A DNA stretch of 64,000 bases from a virus (IMGVR_UViG_3300005200_000008:1-64000); one strand, 5' to 3'. Shown: positions 9,614-19,054, numbered from the stretch's first letter. The notes: generated from the sequence alone by a model not told the origin. Numbers and translations: made by a program.

Positions 9614-10174
9614 TCACTCACCGCCTTCATTTTTTATCATACTTAGAGCTTCCAGAACATTGTATCTTTCTGTACCGACTGCGCGTTTCCACCACGTAGC
9701 CCTTTCCTCTGCGGTAATAGGTTTTCCGTCAACCGGAGACTTACAGGCATCCAGCCAATTATGGCTTGCTCGGTTTACCATTACGACATTAGCCTCCAAG
9801 TACCGCATACGGGGAAAAGCCTTTTTCCCAAAAATATGCGCCGCGTCAAGTTTTGCCTCCAGACCGTTATTTGCTTCTTTGAACCGCAGAAACTCCGTCC
9901 CGGTAAACAGGGCGGCGATTTGACAGCACCCTCTGTCGCGTTCAAAACATTTATTTCTAACAGCCGCGTCAAGGCTTTCTTCCCTGCCGTTTTCGTTTTT
10001 TTGAGAAGTTCTTTCAAGTTTACGCATATGGTTTTTATAAGCGGTTCGCAGTTGTTTTTCGTTAAGCGGCCGATTGGGTATTTTAAATACTTTCCCCGAA
10101 TACAACCGGCCTGTCGCAAGATATTCCTTTTCATATTCCTCATATGTTTTCAGTTCAAAAGGGGATATCATCAT
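9614..10174 (-). CDS. HNH/NinG(Rap)-like nuclease
   Basis: RDRGCCQ...LDAAHIFG...RMRYLEANVVMVNRASHNWLD resembles NinG/HNH core. Confidence 0.6.
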   Translation of the reverse strand: MMISPFELKTYEEYEKEYLATGRLYSGKVFKIPNRPLNEKQLRTAYKNHMRKLERTSQKNENGREESLDAAVRNKCFERDRGCCQIAALFTGTEFLRFKEANNGLEAKLDAAHIFGKKAFPRMRYLEANVVMVNRASHNWLDACKSPVDGKPITAEERATWWKRAVGTERYNVLEALSMIKNEGGE

Positions 10175-11048
10175 ACTGCTCTGAAACGGTTTCCATTCCC
10201 ATATTCGGATCGCCAGCGTCGTTTTCGGTATCTACCGCCGAATCCGTACCATCATCCTCAATATCGGGGGTTTCGGCATCAACCGCGTCAGTGTCGATAG
10301 GAGCCTCGTCTTCGGACGAATCTTCATCAGCGGAGTACTGTTTGGGCTGATCATCCGTTTCATCTTTATGGTTGGGATACAGGTCGGTAAGGACAGAAAT
10401 ATGGGTCGGCATATTCAATACGGCGACTACCATGCCGTAACAAAAATTACGCCCCCTGTCGTTCCAGAATTCCAGCCTCCACGGATGATAAGGGCTGCCT
10501 TTAGGCGCGTAAATCCTCACTTCGCCCCAATAATTGCAAAAGCTGTCAATAAAATTGCAGATATAATTAAACTGGAAATTAATCCTGTCGCCCGACAATT
10601 TTTTGATTATGGCAAAAAGAAATTCCCTCGGATATGTTCGGATATCGTCGGAATCAATTTTCAATTCAAACAAATTCTCTTTTAAGGGCATTGCTCGCAG
10701 TAAACTTGCTGACTTATCCAAACAATCACGACTACACTTAGCCTCTTTAAGAACTATTTCGTTCTTGGTATTCTTCTCAACTTCAAAGACCGATTTTTCT
10801 TTTGAAGGAATGTAGTGGATTACAGAACCGTTAGTCGCGGCAAGATACTTTTCGCCCTCGAATTTTATCGGGTAAATATAAGGCATCCAAAAGCGGGAAG
10901 ATTCGCTGCCCGTATAAACGCCCTTTGCCAAAAACGACAATTTGCTGAACATACCTCCCTTGAACTTGTCTGCTTTGGTATATACGCATTCAATTTTTTT
11001 TCCTTCTGAGGGTTCCTTACTGCCTTCGTCAAACGAAAAAATATCCAT
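10155..11048 (-). CDS. Hypothetical protein with acidic tail ending DDIPF
   Basis: 297 aa; last ~65 aa D/E-rich; SSB-Ct-like terminus. Confidence 0.75.
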   Translation of the reverse strand: MDIFSFDEGSKEPSEGKKIECVYTKADKFKGGMFSKLSFLAKGVYTGSESSRFWMPYIYPIKFEGEKYLAATNGSVIHYIPSKEKSVFEVEKNTKNEIVLKEAKCSRDCLDKSASLLRAMPLKENLFELKIDSDDIRTYPREFLFAIIKKLSGDRINFQFNYICNFIDSFCNYWGEVRIYAPKGSPYHPWRLEFWNDRGRNFCYGMVVAVLNMPTHISVLTDLYPNHKDETDDQPKQYSADEDSSEDEAPIDTDAVDAETPDIEDDGTDSAVDTENDAGDPNMGMETVSEQYDDIPF

Positions 11049-11059
11049 TTCAATCTCTC

Positions 11060-11272
11060 CTAAATATAATCATAGTCGCCCTCAATCGGGCCGCGCTTGA
11101 ATTTTATCTGCCCGTCGGTATGGAACGAAGGGCCGTATATAACCGATATGCTTTTTCCGAAATAGCGATAGTAAATCTTACCGTTCTCGGTTACCGACTT
11201 GGGCGCTTCGCCCATACGGAAATCGCGCTCGATAATTTCTCCACTTTTCCTGTTTTTAAACATATAGATCAC
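11060..11272 (-). CDS. FmdB-like zinc-ribbon-derived protein
   Basis: MIYMFKNRKSGEIIERDFRMGEAP pattern, Cys lost. Confidence 0.4.
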   Translation of the reverse strand: MIYMFKNRKSGEIIERDFRMGEAPKSVTENGKIYYRYFGKSISVIYGPSFHTDGQIKFKRGPIEGDYDYI

Positions 11273-11481
11273 TTGTGCATTCCCCGCATAAAAAGTACCA
11301 ACGCCGAATTAAACAATAAGGACATTAAAAAACACAAAGATATGACCCCTCCCATAAACATTACCCATCTGCCAGTTTCATAAAACCTTACCATAACGCT
11401 GAGTACTAATATAATGGAGACCGCGATACACAGAAGCATGAAAGCCTCAACAACAGATTCCATCATTTCCTCAATCCTCAT
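11269..11481 (-). CDS. Small membrane protein
   Basis: Two hydrophobic segments; CGGAAGTTATT just upstream of ATG. Confidence 0.6.
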   Translation of the reverse strand: MRIEEMMESVVEAFMLLCIAVSIILVLSVMVRFYETGRWVMFMGGVISLCFLMSLLFNSALVLFMRGMHK

Positions 11482-11902
11482 ATAAATAACTTCCGGTATA
11501 AACTTCGTCTATTCCGAAAAAAATAGGAATTTCACGCGCTTCTCCGTTATGCAGTTCTTTATGACAGTCTTTACAAAGCCATTGGATTTTAAGCGGTTCT
11601 GAATAATCAATGTGGTGCGCTTCAATTAAGTTCAAATCATTTTCACCGCAAGATACGCAAGGCTCTTTTTTCAAAGTACCGTTCAAAAGAGCCTTGCGAA
11701 CCTCATACCGCGCTTTTTCTTTTAACGGATTCGCCTCGCGGTAACCGGCATAATTTTTTCTCGCCTGTTCCCTGGCTTTCCCTTTATTTTCGACTCGCCA
11801 TTGTTTTCGCCACCTGGCTTTGCTTTCCCGAACCTTGTCTTTATTTGCCAGCCGCCAACGACGGGAGGCTTCGGCTTTTTTGACAAGATCGCGGTATGCC
11901 AT
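11471..11902 (-). CDS. HNH homing endonuclease-like protein
   Basis: CVSCG...EAHHIDYSEPLKIQWLCKDCHKELH. Confidence 0.85.
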   Translation of the reverse strand: MAYRDLVKKAEASRRWRLANKDKVRESKARWRKQWRVENKGKAREQARKNYAGYREANPLKEKARYEVRKALLNGTLKKEPCVSCGENDLNLIEAHHIDYSEPLKIQWLCKDCHKELHNGEAREIPIFFGIDEVYTGSYLYED

Positions 11903-12159
11903 TAGGCAAACTTTATATTAAAATCTTCGGGAACAAGCCCGAAACCGCGTTCGGGAAAGAAGTCATCGCCGGTTATCACCAAAATAAAATCCCTGTCGCA
12001 GGTTGTACAAGTGTGCTTGACAATACAACTGCCGACCGAACCGGTGAATTTTCCTTTGCATTCCTTCAACTTCAAAGAAGTTCCCCCGCACCACGGGCAA
12101 TGGATTTCCCGCAAGCGGGAACTGCCCTTTATTCCGTTTTCGATTTCACCTTCTGTCAT
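11902..12159 (-). CDS. Zn-finger hypothetical protein
   Basis: CPWCGG...CTTC; GGAGGGG RBS; CGGAAGT upstream. Confidence 0.65.
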   Translation of the reverse strand: MTEGEIENGIKGSSRLREIHCPWCGGTSLKLKECKGKFTGSVGSCIVKHTCTTCDRDFILVITGDDFFPERGFGLVPEDFNIKFA

Positions 12160-12206
12160 TATTCCCCTCCAATAAGGACTTCCGAGTGAATTATGAAATT
12201 TGCCTG

Positions 12207-12761
12207 TTAAATGTCAGAATTCTTAAAAACAGGAAGTTTCGAGAGATAAATAAGATCATCTCCCTTAAATCCCGCGTCTTCCAACAGCACCGCCGCTTTA
12301 CACACGATATTACAGGCTATCGAAGTCAGCAGTTCCTCAATGCCTTTCAAACTACCGCCGGTAGATACCACGTCGTCAAGAATACAGACGTTACGCCCCC
12401 GAATAGTAACGGCATCCTTGCGGTCTAATACCATTATTTGTTCGCTTGCGGTGGTAATGCTTTTAACTTTTTGCACGATAGGATTGTTCATATACCCTTT
12501 AACGGATTTACGAATAACCACATAATTAATCTGCATTAATTGGGACAGGCTTTGAGCCAGCGGTATGGCTTTGGCTTCGGGACAAACAATAACGTCAATA
12601 ATATGAACGGGCAACTTTTGATACAGCGCCTTCGCGCATTCCTCGACAAGTTTCGTGTCGCCCATCATCACAAAAGACGCTATGGATAAGTCTTCGTTGA
12701 TTTTAACGATTGGCAGGTCTCGCCAAAGACCTGCCACTTCGAGAGGATGTACGCCGCTCAT
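12207..12761 (-). CDS. Purine phosphoribosyltransferase (APRT-like, type I PRTase)
   Basis: PRPP-binding ILDDVVSTGGS; VCPEAKAIPLA; VIRKSVKGYM. Confidence 0.88.
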   Translation of the reverse strand: MSGVHPLEVAGLWRDLPIVKINEDLSIASFVMMGDTKLVEECAKALYQKLPVHIIDVIVCPEAKAIPLAQSLSQLMQINYVVIRKSVKGYMNNPIVQKVKSITTASEQIMVLDRKDAVTIRGRNVCILDDVVSTGGSLKGIEELLTSIACNIVCKAAVLLEDAGFKGDDLIYLSKLPVFKNSDI

Positions 12762-13909
12762 ACCAAGCCGAACAGCCCCTTAGTCAGATTGACCAATACC
12801 CCCGCCACCAAACCCAAAAACGGATTTTTAGTCAGAGCGGTAATGCCGAAAGCGACAACACCGGCCGAAGCGTCGGCGGGGTCTTTGGCAAGAGTGCCGA
12901 TTAAACCGAGATTAAGCACCAGCGTTAATTTAAATCCGATAACGGCAAGAAATCCCGCAATGGATTCGGCGGGAATGTACCTGCCCAAACGCCCAAGAAC
13001 CCCCGTGATAAGCAAAACGCCGCACAAAGCCATCATAACGATACCGGCGACTATCGGCCAGGGACTCGCGGCGGTTCCGGAAATAATCGCTTCAATGGGC
13101 GCTCCCCCAAAAAGAATCGAAGGCACATCCGCTAATGAATTTATAAGCGTAAGGACGTTAAAATTCTGCGTAGTTCCCGCAATGCTTGACGTTATGCCTC
13201 CGAAAGTCAGATTAGATCCGATATTAAGACAGATAATGCCAAGACCGCCAAGTACCGCCGACATTGCGAAAGCGGGTTTTACAAATTTAAAATCAGCCCA
13301 AAACTTTTTCGTCCAGAACCTAAAGTCGTCATTCTCCTGCACCTCTACGGGAAGTTCGGCGAAAGAAATACGCCTTTTTTGAATCAACGCGAAATCGGCA
13401 ATGCTTATAAACATTGAAACCGCAATCGTTAAGACTAAAGCGTTTCCGTTCAAAAAAGCGTTACCGGAATTCAAGCATACGGCATAAGCCGCCAAACCGG
13501 AAAACAAAGAAACCAGACTGGTACGCTTATCAGTTTTAATAAAATTCACAACGACCAGTGTCAGTATCAGCCCGACACCCGCCATCATGCCGCAAAGAAC
13601 CGAATCGCCGGCATAGGAAGCGACCCTTCCTATTAATCCCGTCGCTCCTAAAATAATGCCGACAATAGCCGCCAACAGCAGGGCGAACACGCGCTGGTTC
13701 TGGTTTTTAATCAGCCCCGCCATACTTATTGTTTCAGCTTGCGCCGATATGGGGGTAACGCTCCCCGTAAACAGATTGCCGAACGCCCCGATAAAATACC
13801 CGAAGGCTGTCGGTTTTAATTTCATGCCGAGGTTCTTGGCAAGATACAACTGGGGTATACCGTTAATAATAACGAACACGACCGCCAGACAAAACATTAA
13901 AAAATTCAT
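12758..13909 (-). CDS. NCS2-like nucleobase permease
   Basis: 383 aa, ~10+ TM segments; GSVTPISAQAET and FGGAPIEAIISGTA motifs; 4-nt overlap with PRTase. Confidence 0.7.
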   Translation of the reverse strand: MNFLMFCLAVVFVIINGIPQLYLAKNLGMKLKPTAFGYFIGAFGNLFTGSVTPISAQAETISMAGLIKNQNQRVFALLLAAIVGIILGATGLIGRVASYAGDSVLCGMMAGVGLILTLVVVNFIKTDKRTSLVSLFSGLAAYAVCLNSGNAFLNGNALVLTIAVSMFISIADFALIQKRRISFAELPVEVQENDDFRFWTKKFWADFKFVKPAFAMSAVLGGLGIICLNIGSNLTFGGITSSIAGTTQNFNVLTLINSLADVPSILFGGAPIEAIISGTAASPWPIVAGIVMMALCGVLLITGVLGRLGRYIPAESIAGFLAVIGFKLTLVLNLGLIGTLAKDPADASAGVVAFGITALTKNPFLGLVAGVLVNLTKGLFGLV

Positions 13910-13924
13910 AATATCTCCTTTTTC

Positions 13925-15028
13925 CTATCTGCCGAGGCTGTTATAATTCGGCGTAACGATAAGCGAAGTAAGCCCGACGGGATACGAACCTGCGGGAACG
14001 ACCTTACCGCTCTTGATAGCCTCTGCCGTCGCCTCGGCAATCGTGCGGCTGTTTATAATTTCCTGCTCCCGCGCCCTGACGGATATAATCGACGCCTGTA
14101 TTTCCGCTTCCCTTGCGCGGGTACTCGCTTCAATAATTTTTACCTGCTGTTCTGCCTGGGCGTTGGTTCTGTCCTGAACCAAAGTTTTCTCTTTCATCAC
14201 CCCGGCGGCAAGATTGTCTATCTGCTTCTGGACTTCATCGTTGTCGTACAGCACCCCGTCCCCGGGAGCCATCGCCGTAATGGTTATGCCGTATTTTTCC
14301 AAAGCCCAATCTTTCAGACTGGCAACGTCTTCGGTAAAATTTATGTCAATCCCAAGGGCGCTTTTAATCGCCGCTCTAAGATCGGATGCTTTCTTGCCTT
14401 CAAAAACTGCGGGGATATATATTTTTGACGCTACCTCGGCGTTCAATATCGGCGTTTTCACAAACAGCACCGCCAGTTGCTCCATAATCTTTGTATAGAC
14501 AACCGTATTAAGGGCGGTTTCAAGCGGCTGTGCGCTTTCCTTTACATAACTGCCCCAGTCTTTTTGTTCTACGCGAGACCAGTCGATTGATTCGTCCGAA
14601 ATGGGCTTAAAAGCAGACAAGTATTTGTAGGCACCCGCTTTGTCGGCAATGTAAGCGTTAATCATCATAGGGACTACAAAACCGCTCGATTCGCTTGAAG
14701 TCATTCTGATAGTGCGGGTCGTATCGCTTCTATCCCAATCAAGTCTTACCGGTGCTTGGGAGACGACAATTACTTTGGTCGTCGGCCTCCAATAGCCTTG
14801 GTAATCAAACCTGCCGGTTCTGACAAAATACCCGGGAATAACGATATCCTTTCTTTGAATATCGCTGTCGCCGGCCGAAACGCTGCCGTCTCCGGTCATG
14901 TCAACCATAAAAGCGATTTCGTTTGTCTGGATCTGAACGACACCCGGATAATTAGGCGCACGAATGCACCCCGTCCCTAACAGCGCAAATACCGCCGTCA
15001 GCGCAAACACCAATGCAATTTTTTTCAC
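13925..15028 (-). CDS. Lipoprotein, SPFH/Band-7-like
   Basis: Signal ending LLGTG-C; C-terminal coiled coil (AQAEQQVKIIEA..EAE). Confidence 0.6.
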   Translation of the reverse strand: MKKIALVFALTAVFALLGTGCIRAPNYPGVVQIQTNEIAFMVDMTGDGSVSAGDSDIQRKDIVIPGYFVRTGRFDYQGYWRPTTKVIVVSQAPVRLDWDRSDTTRTIRMTSSESSGFVVPMMINAYIADKAGAYKYLSAFKPISDESIDWSRVEQKDWGSYVKESAQPLETALNTVVYTKIMEQLAVLFVKTPILNAEVASKIYIPAVFEGKKASDLRAAIKSALGIDINFTEDVASLKDWALEKYGITITAMAPGDGVLYDNDEVQKQIDNLAAGVMKEKTLVQDRTNAQAEQQVKIIEASTRAREAEIQASIISVRAREQEIINSRTIAEATAEAIKSGKVVPAGSYPVGLTSLIVTPNYNSLGR

Positions 15029-15363
15029 GCTTTTCCCTCCTGTGAAAAATATTTCTTTAACAGTTCCCTGTTTTTTAACAAATCTTTAACCGTGTCGATT
15101 GCGAAGTAAACCGCCAATAAAACAATCGCCACGTACAAAAAAATTCTGATAATGCTTAACAAACCCGCCGAAGCCCGTATTGCCGCCATCCCGCCGACGG
15201 TTGACGAGTTTCCCGCCATGACATCCATTGCCGCACCCGCTTCAACCCCGGCGTCATAAACCGCCAACGTCTGGCTTATTATGCTGACCCCGATAACGGC
15301 CGTAACAAGCAGGACAATAGCCAGTACCTTCCTGAAAATAAGCCATTTAAGTTTTCCGGTCAT
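15025..15363 (-). CDS. Membrane protein (2 TM)
   Basis: GGAGGG RBS; CGGAAGT at 15391-15397; coupled to SPFH gene. Confidence 0.7.
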   Translation of the reverse strand: MTGKLKWLIFRKVLAIVLLVTAVIGVSIISQTLAVYDAGVEAGAAMDVMAGNSSTVGGMAAIRASAGLLSIIRIFLYVAIVLLAVYFAIDTVKDLLKNRELLKKYFSQEGKA

Positions 15364-15414
15364 AGTTCCCTCCACTGCTCTTTGATAAGGACTTCCGAAC
15401 GACGTTCGGGATTT

Positions 15415-15732
15415 TCAATCAATCAAATCGGAAAAGTCAGTCCATCCCTGGCTGACGCACAACAGGATAAGATAACCCATAACGTCGGCTACGTCATTCC
15501 TGCGGAGTTCTTCGCTGTTAATTATTCTTGAAAGTTTGTCGTCCAACCGAACCTTGATAGACGAACCTGCGTCCAGTTTTGAAAAAACATTTACCGGCGT
15601 AAGCGCCGAATCGCCGTAACGCTTGTTTTTCTCCAGAACCAAATCGCGGATAGATTCGGCTACCTGCCGTATTCTCCCCTGACTGCCTTGGATATTTTCA
15701 GGAATTGTTTCTTTACGCTGGTTTGCCGCCAT
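15415..15732 (-). CDS. DUF1599 / nucleotide-modification-associated domain 1-like protein
   Basis: LVLEKNKRYGDSAL...IKVRLDDKLSRI...DVMGYLIL; GGAGG RBS before ATG 15732. Confidence 0.75.
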   Translation of the reverse strand: MAANQRKETIPENIQGSQGRIRQVAESIRDLVLEKNKRYGDSALTPVNVFSKLDAGSSIKVRLDDKLSRIINSEELRRNDVADVMGYLILLCVSQGWTDFSDLID

Positions 15733-15895
15733 GACGCGCCTCCTTCTTTTTCTCTTTGCTTTTCTTTTCCATTTTTGCAACACAGGCTTTGCATAAATAG
15801 TCTATCCCTCCGAACAGAGTAGGATGGGTAAACGACAATTTATGCGCTTTGTTATCGAACGGCTTCCCGCAGCCCGAACATTTGCCCGGTTTCAT
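15713..15895 (-). CDS. Small Zn-finger protein
   Basis: CSGC...CKAC. Confidence 0.5.
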   Translation of the reverse strand: MKPGKCSGCGKPFDNKAHKLSFTHPTLFGGIDYLCKACVAKMEKKSKEKKKEARHGGKPA

Positions 15896-16022
15896 ATTTA
15901 TTCTGTTTTCTCCACAGCCTCTTTATAATCTTTGTTTATTTTTTTCATATCCTTATACCAGCAGCCGATTGAAAAACCTGTAATCAGCGCCAGTACTAAA
16001 GAATAATAAAAAAGATAACCGC

Positions 16023-16826
16023 TCAAATAAGCCCCCCTTCGCAGTTCTTAAACCATAAGGCTTCCACACGTTTCTTCGGCCGCTCGCAGCCTACCTCTTT
16101 TTCAACTTTGTCCCAACCTTTATAAAGTTTTTCATACAACGGGCAGGGATAGCCTGAGAGAACGACCTTTCCTTTGACCTTGTTAAGTTTCTCGGCCAAC
16201 TTAACGTGTTCTTCATCGGTCATCTCGAATTCATACGCTTTCGTTTCATCCCGGGTAGAATGAACATACGGCGGGTCAACATAGAAAAGCGTATTCTCGC
16301 CGTCCCTCATGTCTATCAATTTCAGCGCATCCATATTTTCTATGTTCACGCCCTGCAATCTTGCGATAATCGTTTTCAATGCCGGAGGGTAACTCGTCCA
16401 CCATTTTGTCTTTGAACTGCTAAAGCCGGTCAGTTTTGTTTCCATGTCGCCGACCGTATTCTTTGCCGCGCCGTATGTGCCGAAACTGAGATTCGCCCTG
16501 ACTATCGTTCTTCTCGCCTGTTCCAGCAGATTATCGGGACAGGGTTCGTAAGCCAGTTTGAATTCATCTCTTGCATACGGCGTATTAGCGACAAGGCGGC
16601 ACAATTCCTCCCCGTTGTCACGGGCCTGCCGGAACACGTTTACCATTTCGCTGTTTAGGTCGTTGTATATTTCAACTTCTGATCTGGACTTTCTCAGTAG
16701 GATCGAACCGCCGCCGCCAAACGGCTCGACATAAACCCTATGACTTGGGAAATACTGAATTATCCATTGAGCTATCATCCATTTACCGCCGTAATAATGC
16801 AGCAGAGGTCTGGTTACGCTGTCCAT
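16023..16826 (-). CDS. DNA adenine methyltransferase (Dam/D12 class)
   Basis: YYGGK, VEPFGGGGS (motif I), YNDLN, FYVDPPY. Confidence 0.92.
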   Translation of the reverse strand: MDSVTRPLLHYYGGKWMIAQWIIQYFPSHRVYVEPFGGGGSILLRKSRSEVEIYNDLNSEMVNVFRQARDNGEELCRLVANTPYARDEFKLAYEPCPDNLLEQARRTIVRANLSFGTYGAAKNTVGDMETKLTGFSSSKTKWWTSYPPALKTIIARLQGVNIENMDALKLIDMRDGENTLFYVDPPYVHSTRDETKAYEFEMTDEEHVKLAEKLNKVKGKVVLSGYPCPLYEKLYKGWDKVEKEVGCERPKKRVEALWFKNCEGGLI

Positions 16827-16832
16827 TTATTT

Positions 16833-17114
16833 CTAAGAACCTCCGAACATTATTTCATCAATAATTTTATTTCTTTTTTGTTGAATTCTTTTATTTTCCT
16901 GTTTGTGTTTTTCATTAATAGTAGTAATTACATCAAACGCCTCTAATATTATTTCTGCGTCCAATGATTTTACACTTTTCGTATCGCTTATTTTTTTAAC
17001 AGAACCAGTCCATTCCAAAACCTCTATAAGGTCTTCTTTTTTTTGGGAAAACTTATTATAAAAATCTAAGGCAAACATGAAAGATTTAAGATTTCCTTGG
17101 TGATCTGTTTTCAT
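16833..17114 (-). CDS. Hypothetical protein
   Basis: 93 aa, AT-rich, coupled to nuclease gene. Confidence 0.55.
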   Translation of the reverse strand: MKTDHQGNLKSFMFALDFYNKFSQKKEDLIEVLEWTGSVKKISDTKSVKSLDAEIILEAFDVITTINEKHKQENKRIQQKRNKIIDEIMFGGS

Positions 17115-18151
17115 AACATCGCCTCTAAACGCCCCCGCACGGAATCACTGACATTTTTTTCTTTGCAGAACAAAATAAATATTTCACGAATGTTAATCGC
17201 TTCCTGCGCTTCCTGTTCGTCAGATACCTTAAAATCGCCGTCGCTTATTTTATCGTCGGGATAGACGCTGCCTAAAAACGCCGGTACGGGAAGTTTATCT
17301 TTTTGATCCTCAAACCACCGTACCGCCGCTTCCTCGTTGTCATGTCCTCTCACGTCAACAACGACCGCGCCATACGGCTTTGCTTCCATATTGTTATAGG
17401 CTTCCAATAAATCATCGTTAAAATCCACTTTCAAATAATTAAAAGCGGGTTTAATTTTAACTTCCCTAACATTGAAATCATTATCAAATATCCTTAAATA
17501 GCACGGCTGGTCGGCTTCGTCCCTTCGCGTGGTCATTGCGGAACCGGGGTAATTTGCGCTCACCCTTTTATGAATATGACCGTGGCATTTTATCCCCGGC
17601 AAAAAGGAAAGGTCTGCCTGGGCAAAAAACTCCCCGCTTGTTTCATCGCCGATATGCGCGAATGTCAATGCAATATCGTCAGGCGTACAGCCGACGCTAA
17701 TAAAAGGGATATGAAATTCAGGATTGCCGTATGATTCCATATTTTTGAAATTCTCAAAAGAATAAGGCACCATATGGGGCAAGAAATACATCCATTTATC
17801 TTTCCAGATAAGTTTTACAAACGGCTCTTTTATGACGCATATCTTCGGCAAACCCAACAGGCAATCAAGAGCAGACCCCGTTTCTTTTTTTACGTCGTGG
17901 TTTCCCTGCAAAATATAAACGTATTCGCAATTTTTAATTTCAGTAAGTTTTGTAAAAAAATTAACTACCAGCCCGTTTACGCGACCCGTCTCTTTTGACC
18001 GGTGGAACACGTCGCCGCCGTGGACAACAATAAAAGGCTCGGTCGCCTGTTCTTTAATAGCTTCCAACAAGGCATCTGCCATTTTTCTTGCGGCTACAAA
18101 AAACGGTTCTTCGTCGCGCCAATGAGTATCGGTAAAATAAATTAATTTCAT
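17111..18151 (-). CDS. SbcD/Mre11 (gp47)-like metallophosphoesterase nuclease
   Basis: TDTH, GGDVFH, GNHD, GHIH motifs. Confidence 0.88.
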   Translation of the reverse strand: MKLIYFTDTHWRDEEPFFVAARKMADALLEAIKEQATEPFIVVHGGDVFHRSKETGRVNGLVVNFFTKLTEIKNCEYVYILQGNHDVKKETGSALDCLLGLPKICVIKEPFVKLIWKDKWMYFLPHMVPYSFENFKNMESYGNPEFHIPFISVGCTPDDIALTFAHIGDETSGEFFAQADLSFLPGIKCHGHIHKRVSANYPGSAMTTRRDEADQPCYLRIFDNDFNVREVKIKPAFNYLKVDFNDDLLEAYNNMEAKPYGAVVVDVRGHDNEEAAVRWFEDQKDKLPVPAFLGSVYPDDKISDGDFKVSDEQEAQEAINIREIFILFCKEKNVSDSVRGRLEAML

Positions 18152-18179
18152 TTTACATCCCCTATAAAAGTAATTCCGA

Positions 18180-19004
18180 CTACTTCATACTAAACGTCGA
18201 TTTCAATAAACCTTCGTCTATATTTTTCATCCATAAAGTTTCTATTCTTGCACCCGCTCTATCGGTATGTTCAATCTTCTGAGCTTTTTCCCAATCCCCG
18301 TATAATTTTTCATATAAAACACATTCATACCCTGATAAAAGAACTTTTCCTTTAACTGAATGGAGTTTCTCAGCCAATAAAATATGCTGTTTATCAGTCA
18401 TTTCGTATTCATAATCACTGGCATCGCCAGTCCGAGTATGGCTCACATACGGCGGGTCAACATAGAAAAGCGTATCAGGGGAATCATATATTTCAATAAT
18501 TTCTAAAGCATCTTTATTCTCAATATTTACGCACCTCAACCGCTCAACTATTTTTTTTAACGCTAAAGGATACGATACCCATTTTTCAGTCGCGCCAGAG
18601 TATCCCGTTAATTTATTCGCATCTTCTTTTTTTGTAATACGAGAAACGCCATATGTACCAAAACCGAACATTGAACGAAGAATTGTTCTTCTAGCCTGTT
18701 CCAATGGATCTGTACAAGGTTCAAAAGCAAGATTAAATTCTTCCCGCGAATACGGAGTAAGATTAACAACTCTACACAATTCTTCACCATTATTCCTTGC
18801 TTGCCGAAAAAGATTTACAATCTCGCCATTCAAATCGTTATATACTTCTTTAAATGAAGGGGTCTTTCTCAATAAAACTGATGCCCCGCCGCCATAAGGT
18901 TCAACATATTTTCTATGTTCAGGAAAATGAGAAATTATCCACGGAGCCGAACGCCATTTCCCCCCATGATATTCAAGTATTGGACGATTAACCTCTTTTA
19001 CCAA
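18180..19004 (-). CDS. Second DNA adenine methyltransferase (Dam/D12 class)
   Basis: YHGGK, VEPYGGGAS, YNDLN, FYVDPPY; paralog of 16023..16826. Confidence 0.92.
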   Translation of the reverse strand: MVKEVNRPILEYHGGKWRSAPWIISHFPEHRKYVEPYGGGASVLLRKTPSFKEVYNDLNGEIVNLFRQARNNGEELCRVVNLTPYSREEFNLAFEPCTDPLEQARRTILRSMFGFGTYGVSRITKKEDANKLTGYSGATEKWVSYPLALKKIVERLRCVNIENKDALEIIEIYDSPDTLFYVDPPYVSHTRTGDASDYEYEMTDKQHILLAEKLHSVKGKVLLSGYECVLYEKLYGDWEKAQKIEHTDRAGARIETLWMKNIDEGLLKSTFSMK

Positions 19005-19027
19005 AATATACCTCTAGCATACAAAGG

Positions 19028-19054
19028 ACTTCCGGTTTACCGTCTATAAAGCTT
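19028..19054 (-). promoter_or_regulatory. Bipartite phage promoter AAGCT-N15-CGGAAGT
   Basis: Exact spacing repeated at six loci. Confidence 0.65.

Noticed and set aside
12173-12184. CGGAAGT as an alternative Shine-Dalgarno
   Set aside because: At several loci (12178, 15391, 36205, 45433, 63211) a separate SD-like sequence lies between it and the start, it also precedes the RNA cluster, and it has a fixed-distance upstream partner.
18166-18178. CGGAATTAC and CTGAAAGTCC (45037-45046) as middle promoters
   Set aside because: One or two mismatches in the core and no RAGCT partner; not counted.
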